From: a virus
Lineage: Duplodnaviria > Caudoviricetes
DNA length: 57,682 nucleotides
Virus record (IMG/VR): IMGVR_UViG_3300029319_000053
Location: 1-57,682 of that record
Strand: one strand, 5' to 3'
Shown here: one piece after another, positions 52,666 through 57,682 of the stretch
Layout of the letters: each line of letters opens with the position of its first letter
How positions within the stretch are numbered: the stretch's first letter is position 1
The notes under the pieces: generated by a model
Databases searched by the model: none
What the model saw: the letters and a program-made list of their open reading frames with translations, nothing else
What the model was told of the DNA's origin: nothing
Translations under genes and position numbers: made by a program

Positions 52666-53724
52666 TTATCCGAAATCGCCACGCATTCTTTTTAAAGTTT
52701 CTTGTGGCAATGCATCAAATTCTTCTGAGGACAATAAATCTAAATCTATTTTCTTTTCAACTTTATTTTTACCTTTTAAAGTTGGAGGTTGAGATTCAGC
52801 AGCTTCTAATTTTTTAGTTGTATTAGCTACCTTTTTCTTTTCTACTATTTTTTCACCAACTACATCTTTTTTTGGTGCTTCTTCTTTTGTAGGTAAAGTA
52901 GGTTTGATTACATACTTAGCTGCTTTATCCAAAGCATCTGCTCCTGAGAAACCCTGTATCATAAAAGCATCTCTTAAATCCATAACTTCTTGAGTTAGGT
53001 CAGCGTCATAGCTAGCACTAGTTTCATCAAGCTCTGGGTGAGCAGTTTGTAACTCTACGGCTTTGTTTTGCAAAGCTACAGCTTCCGTACTTTGTTGAAC
53101 AGTTTTACCCATACGTTCTTGAACTTCAAATAGCATGTTTTGTCTTTCTGCATCTCTGATTTCAGTTCGTAGGGCTGCAGCTTTTTCAGCCTCGCCGTTC
53201 AAAATATGTTCTTGATACTCTATTTCTTTTGCTACAAAATCATACTCAGGCGCTTTATCTATATTTTCTATAGGGTTTGTAGCTTCTTCCAACTGTTTTG
53301 CTAAAGCTTTTTGTTTTGCTAGGACTTCATCAAACCTAGATTTTGGAATCATAGGTTCTTTTGTTTCATTAGATCCTTCTTGTACTGTTTCAGCAACCGG
53401 TTGTGTATCTGAGTCATCGTCTGCCAATACTGTTTCTTCTCCTGACTCTTCTGCAACTTCTGGTTCAGCTTCAGGTTCTTCTGTTTCTGTTGTCTCTTCA
53501 GTTTCTTCTGATGGTTCTTCTTCAGCTTTAAGCTCTTCAACTTCTTCAACTTCCGCCTCCTTTGGAAATTCTATTTCTTCTTCGTCTGTTTTAGTTTCCT
53601 CTTCAAAGTTTAAATCTACTTTAAACCCTTCTGCGTCTTCTGCTGTTTTTTTATCAGCCCCTGGTATCCCATCTAACATTACTTTGTCGTCTGTTGGGTT
53701 TTCAGTTTCTTTATTTTTTGCCAT
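52666..53724 (-). CDS. Capsid scaffolding protein
   Basis: Very acidic N-terminus, MIPKSRFDEV, coiled coil, C-terminal EEFDALP...RMRGD; between portal and capsid. Confidence 0.8.
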   Translation of the reverse strand: MAKNKETENPTDDKVMLDGIPGADKKTAEDAEGFKVDLNFEEETKTDEEEIEFPKEAEVEEVEELKAEEEPSEETEETTETEEPEAEPEVAEESGEETVLADDDSDTQPVAETVQEGSNETKEPMIPKSRFDEVLAKQKALAKQLEEATNPIENIDKAPEYDFVAKEIEYQEHILNGEAEKAAALRTEIRDAERQNMLFEVQERMGKTVQQSTEAVALQNKAVELQTAHPELDETSASYDADLTQEVMDLRDAFMIQGFSGADALDKAAKYVIKPTLPTKEEAPKKDVVGEKIVEKKKVANTTKKLEAAESQPPTLKGKNKVEKKIDLDLLSSEEFDALPQETLKRMRGDFG

Positions 53725-53726
53725 TT

Positions 53727-55835
53727 TTAATTACCTCCTGTGGTCTTCATGGCTGCTGCGGCCATTTTGGCTGCTGCTGCGGTGTCGGTTTGGTTCTTTC
53801 TCATATCATTTGTAAGCTCAGAAAGCCTTTCACGTAAAGAAAGTTCCTCACGTTTAGTTTGAATTTTACTTTGTAATTCAGCAACCTTCAACTGTGGATC
53901 TTGTTCTGCTGCTTGTGTTTTGGCAACATTAAGAGCAGATTCTGTTTGTAACCTTGTTACTTCTGCTTCTAATTTAGCTATTTCAAGCTGCGTACTTCTG
54001 ATCTGTGACTCTAATTGGAACTGTTGTAGTTGTACTTGTTGTTCTGTAGGCGGAGCAGTTCCTTCCATTTGTCTGATTCTTTCTGCTATGTCAGCCTTAC
54101 GTGACAAGTGTGAGTACTCTACAATCATATCGTTTGGTATTGGCACCCCAACGCCTCTAAGTTCTATAGCTTCAGCAAACTGCATTTCATCAAAGTTATC
54201 TCTAGCAGGAGCTGTACCAACAATAACGTCATACTCTCCAATTGTTAAATCGTTAATAACTAAACCTTCTGGACTCATTTCGTTTACTCTTAGCTTTTGT
54301 CTAGGTTTGTAAGGGTCAGATTCGTCAGTTATTTGTATAACTCTTTCCTCAGTGTAATAAGTTTGAATCATCTGTAATATTTTTTCAGCTAAATACTGTC
54401 TAGTTTTAGCTAAATTATCTAATGGTACTTGTAATAACAAAGAACCTCTACCTTGTTTAGCTTGAATCGCTACACCAGAAACTTCTGGGCTGTCCATACC
54501 GAGCATAGCGTCTGTTATACCACTTATTTCTTTTATATTTCTTGCAGCTTTTTGACCTAACCTATCTAAACCAGTAGGTATTTGGTTAGGTGGTATTTTA
54601 CCGGGTGGAGTAGAGCCTCTGTTGTACTCTAAAACTAATCCTGTCTCAGCCCCATGTTCTTCTAAATCGTCTGCGGTCATACCAGACAAAGAACCAGATT
54701 CTACAATCCACCCGCTATTTGCAGTCGTATTAACAATGTGCAGTTCTTGAGAAGTTATCTTGTTAAGTTGTTCTTGTGGAGACAACAAGTTTCGTACCAT
54801 ACCAAAAGGTTTGCCACGTCTAAAGTACGGAAAGTAAGGAACAATTGTAAAATGGTCATACGGAGAATAATCATCAAACAACACTACGGTATCCGCGGTC
54901 ACCGTCCAACGGACGCGTCGCATTTTTTTAGAGATGATATCTAACCCATAATCATCTGCAAACTTTTCTCTCTTTTTCTTGCCCCAAGCATTTGGTATCT
55001 TTCTTTTATCTCCAGTGACTGGGTCTACGTAGTACATACAGTCGTCTAGTTTGTAATATTGTCTTTCTATTACACGGATAGAACGAAGCATTCGTGCATT
55101 CTCTGGATCTCCAGGATACTGTTGTCCGTAGTTATACTCATCTGTATCTCCATACCTAGACTCTTCAAACTCCATTGAGTCAGCACCTAAAGTAGTACCC
55201 GTCTCAGCCAACATTCGTAATTTATCCGCTTTGTCTTGACCATAGGTTTCTTCTATCTCATCTATGCTCATCCACTTGCTTTCAAATATTTCGTTCCATG
55301 TTCTCGGGTCGTAATGTTTTGCGTCTGGGTCTATAAGAATATCTAGAGGGTCTTTCGCTTCTACTCGGATCTCTCCTTGTACATGATCATCAAAGTCAAC
55401 ACGAACATCAAAGTAACCACGGTCTTGTATTAAGCCATCTGAAAATACTTGGGCTTCTACCCAATCTAATTTATTGTTGTCTGCTATCTGCGCATAAACT
55501 TTTGTTAAAACATCAGCTATCTCTTGGTTACCGCCGCCTCTTGGTTTGTATTGTATGTCAGCTTTTTTCGTACTTTGTTCTGCTAGAACAGCATTGATTG
55601 TAGGTAAAATTGTATTGATTGTTAGAGCAGGTCTACCTTGGTCATCGAGTTGCTGCATGTCAAACTCGTCCCACTGTTCTCCTCTGTAGTATGCATCGCA
55701 TTTTTTTGCCATGTGGATGTAATCTTCATGGCCATGGTCTCTAGCACGTACATATGCGTTAAACTGAGTTTTTGCTAAAGTAAGTTCTTCAGCTTTAGTT
55801 AAGTTCTTTTTTGGTTTTTTAGTCTTGTACACCAT
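53727..55835 (-). CDS. Portal protein (P22-like with C-terminal barrel)
   Basis: YYRGEQW, GRPALTINTI, PFGMVRNL.SPQ..LNK, SGVAI, G.YDV; Gln-rich coiled C-terminus. Confidence 0.92.
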   Translation of the reverse strand: MVYKTKKPKKNLTKAEELTLAKTQFNAYVRARDHGHEDYIHMAKKCDAYYRGEQWDEFDMQQLDDQGRPALTINTILPTINAVLAEQSTKKADIQYKPRGGGNQEIADVLTKVYAQIADNNKLDWVEAQVFSDGLIQDRGYFDVRVDFDDHVQGEIRVEAKDPLDILIDPDAKHYDPRTWNEIFESKWMSIDEIEETYGQDKADKLRMLAETGTTLGADSMEFEESRYGDTDEYNYGQQYPGDPENARMLRSIRVIERQYYKLDDCMYYVDPVTGDKRKIPNAWGKKKREKFADDYGLDIISKKMRRVRWTVTADTVVLFDDYSPYDHFTIVPYFPYFRRGKPFGMVRNLLSPQEQLNKITSQELHIVNTTANSGWIVESGSLSGMTADDLEEHGAETGLVLEYNRGSTPPGKIPPNQIPTGLDRLGQKAARNIKEISGITDAMLGMDSPEVSGVAIQAKQGRGSLLLQVPLDNLAKTRQYLAEKILQMIQTYYTEERVIQITDESDPYKPRQKLRVNEMSPEGLVINDLTIGEYDVIVGTAPARDNFDEMQFAEAIELRGVGVPIPNDMIVEYSHLSRKADIAERIRQMEGTAPPTEQQVQLQQFQLESQIRSTQLEIAKLEAEVTRLQTESALNVAKTQAAEQDPQLKVAELQSKIQTKREELSLRERLSELTNDMRKNQTDTAAAAKMAAAAMKTTGGN

Positions 55836-57479
55836 CTACGCACTCATTGCCGATTTCTTTTTCGGCCCCTTTGCTATTAATTCTAACCTATCTCTCCAAG
55901 AAGGTACATGCTCTGGTGCTTCATAAAATGTAGCATATTCCATAATCATTAACCCAACCCAGGCCAGTGCGTCAACTTGGTCATCATGCACGCCGTTAGG
56001 AAAACGCAAAAGTTCAGCAACCATGGTACCTGTCCAAACAGAATCTGCGGGAAAATAAACTCTTCCTTGTTGCATTCTACCTTGAATAGCTCTAGCTCTC
56101 GCTTCTTTATCACGTCTTCCTACTTTTAAATCTTTAAAATATGCAGAATGGAGTCTACGTTCTGCTACACGTTTTTCTAAGAACGGCCCGATAGCCATCT
56201 CAATATGGCCTCTCTCAATACCAACAATACCAGGTCTCCATTGTTCATATAAATCTAATATTTTTTCTACAAGTTCATAACCATCGTACTTGCCCCGAAC
56301 GAGGTCAACTACGAACATATTATCATACTCATCGATCCCAACTACAAGACCAACAGAATAGTCGTTCCTGTCTCGTTGTCCGATAGCTAAATCCCACGCA
56401 CAATAATAACGAAGTCTATCATAATCTATTTCATCTGGCTCGTAATATCTAACCATATCACGCGTAAAATAATCACCTTCATCGGATACAGGATTCTGTT
56501 GATACAAAGCAGTCCAATCTCTTGGACCAATCGCCCGTTGGATCATCTCTAATGATTCTAAATTATAACGTTCAGGATGCAGGGGCTCACCGGCCGCACG
56601 AAACTCTTCATCTTCTTCTGCAATAGCAGGATACTTTACTACTTCCCACTCATCTGCTCCTTCTTCTTCTGCAGTCAACAACTTACCAGCCAAATCATCA
56701 TCGTGCCACCTAGTCAAAATGACTAGTATACCCCCACCAGGGGAAAGCCTTGTGTAAGCAGTAGAGGTATACCAGTCCCACGTGGCCTCTCTGTTATTTT
56801 CTGACTCAGCATCTTCTCGGTTTTTTACCGGGTCATCAATTAACAAAACGTGCGCACCTTTACCTGTGATACCACCACCCACACCAGCAGCTACATAGCC
56901 ACCACTTTCGGTTGTTTGCCAAGACTCTACAGACTGTGAATCTTTATCTAACTTTGTATTTTCAAAAACATTTTTATAATTAGGTTCTCTCAACAGTTGT
57001 CTAACTTTCCTAGAAAAACTCATAGCTAACGAGCCAGAGTACGAACAACTAATGAACTCATGGTCGGGGTTTCGTCCGAGATGCCAAGCAGGAAAGGCAA
57101 TGCTAGCTAGAGTAGATTTGCCGTGCCTAGGGGGCATAAACAGCATCAATCTGGGAGATTTCTTCTCTGCTACATCTTGACTAAATTTCTCTAGTCTTCT
57201 GCAGACATCTTTGTGTACCCACCCTGCTTGGTAATCGGGATTGAACTTCTCTACAAACGGCAACATACGTTTTCTTGACAAAATACGTAAAGCAAGCTCT
57301 TTTTCTGCTTTTAACTGCGCAGTTTCTTCTCTTTTATTTACTTTTACTTGTTTTTGGGGTTGAGGAAGCTGATCTGCCTCATCGGCAGCGCAATACACGC
57401 ATAAGCCTTTGGGCAATACGAGATTTTCTGCTAAAAGTTTTTTACACTTGTAGCATTCTAGCTTCTGAATATCTGTCAC
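55836..57479 (-). CDS. terL: Terminase large subunit
   Basis: MPPRHGKS, LLIDDPVK, TRWHDDDLAG, YQQNP, WDLA, HDDQVDA. Confidence 0.96.
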   Translation of the reverse strand: MTDIQKLECYKCKKLLAENLVLPKGLCVYCAADEADQLPQPQKQVKVNKREETAQLKAEKELALRILSRKRMLPFVEKFNPDYQAGWVHKDVCRRLEKFSQDVAEKKSPRLMLFMPPRHGKSTLASIAFPAWHLGRNPDHEFISCSYSGSLAMSFSRKVRQLLREPNYKNVFENTKLDKDSQSVESWQTTESGGYVAAGVGGGITGKGAHVLLIDDPVKNREDAESENNREATWDWYTSTAYTRLSPGGGILVILTRWHDDDLAGKLLTAEEEGADEWEVVKYPAIAEEDEEFRAAGEPLHPERYNLESLEMIQRAIGPRDWTALYQQNPVSDEGDYFTRDMVRYYEPDEIDYDRLRYYCAWDLAIGQRDRNDYSVGLVVGIDEYDNMFVVDLVRGKYDGYELVEKILDLYEQWRPGIVGIERGHIEMAIGPFLEKRVAERRLHSAYFKDLKVGRRDKEARARAIQGRMQQGRVYFPADSVWTGTMVAELLRFPNGVHDDQVDALAWVGLMIMEYATFYEAPEHVPSWRDRLELIAKGPKKKSAMSA

Positions 57480-57481
57480 AC

Positions 57482-57580
57482 TTAGTAACTGTAAGTTTTT
57501 TTCTTTTTAGTAGTTTTCTTTTTCTTCATAGCCGGCTTTTTCATCGGCTTTTTCATTTTTTTACCTTTTTTATGGTACAT
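57482..57580 (-). CDS. 32-aa Lys-rich peptide (MYHKKGKKMKKPMKKPAMKKKKTTKKKKTYSY)
   Basis: Translated by hand; AAGGAG RBS; stop 2 nt before the terL start. Confidence 0.65.
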   Translation of the reverse strand: MYHKKGKKMKKPMKKPAMKKKKTTKKKKTYSY

Positions 57581-57594
57581 ATTTTACTCCTTTT

Positions 57595-57682
57595 TTAACA
57601 TTTCCAACGTCTTCTGGCTTGTCTAAGCCTAGAATTTGGGTTTCTTGCAGCTTTTGGAAACTTTTTCATCTGTCCTGCACTT
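57595..57682 (-). CDS. 3' end of a small basic protein (...SAGQMKKFPKAARNPNSRLRQARRRWKC), DUF6321-like
   Basis: Translated by hand; PNSRLRQAR.RWKC C-terminus recognised from marine phages; truncated by the window end. Confidence 0.7.
   Translation of the reverse strand, partial: SAGQMKKFPKAARNPNSRLRQARRRWKC

Noticed and set aside
1-57682. Alternative genetic code or prophage with host flanks
   Set aside because: Long genes translate intact in the standard code with dense coverage; no host housekeeping genes, att sites or integrase seen.

Overview
The window looks like a near-complete, AT-rich tailed dsDNA phage genome, probably marine and podovirus-like. It is opened inside the terS-terL interval, and the two ends fall in different genes, so a short piece is missing. 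The + strand arm (about 1.9-19.3 kb) holds small early and membrane genes, several structured or repeated non-coding blocks, a MoxR-type AAA+/VWA-peptidase module with two paralogous Nmad5-like genes, and a replication module (Leu762-type family A DNA polymerase, CsrA homologue, primase-helicase, Cas4/AddB-like nuclease, SNF2 helicase, SSB-like protein, resolvase-like nuclease, DUF3310). The - strand arm runs from terS through a cluster of tiny Lys-rich ORFs, terL, portal, scaffold, N4-gp56-like major capsid, adaptors, ejection proteins, several fibre proteins and lysis genes. It ends in a tightly overlapping cassette csgF-csgG-curlin-like-FecR-CHASE2 adenylate cyclase. That cassette is the best candidate for a poorly described system: a phage-borne trans-envelope cAMP signalling module built on a curli-type channel. 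Next best are the phage CsrA with GGA-containing structured non-coding elements, and a pseudoknotted ncRNA candidate. I saw no integrase, RNA polymerase, tRNA or CRISPR array. All family calls come from motif recognition by eye; no database search was run.
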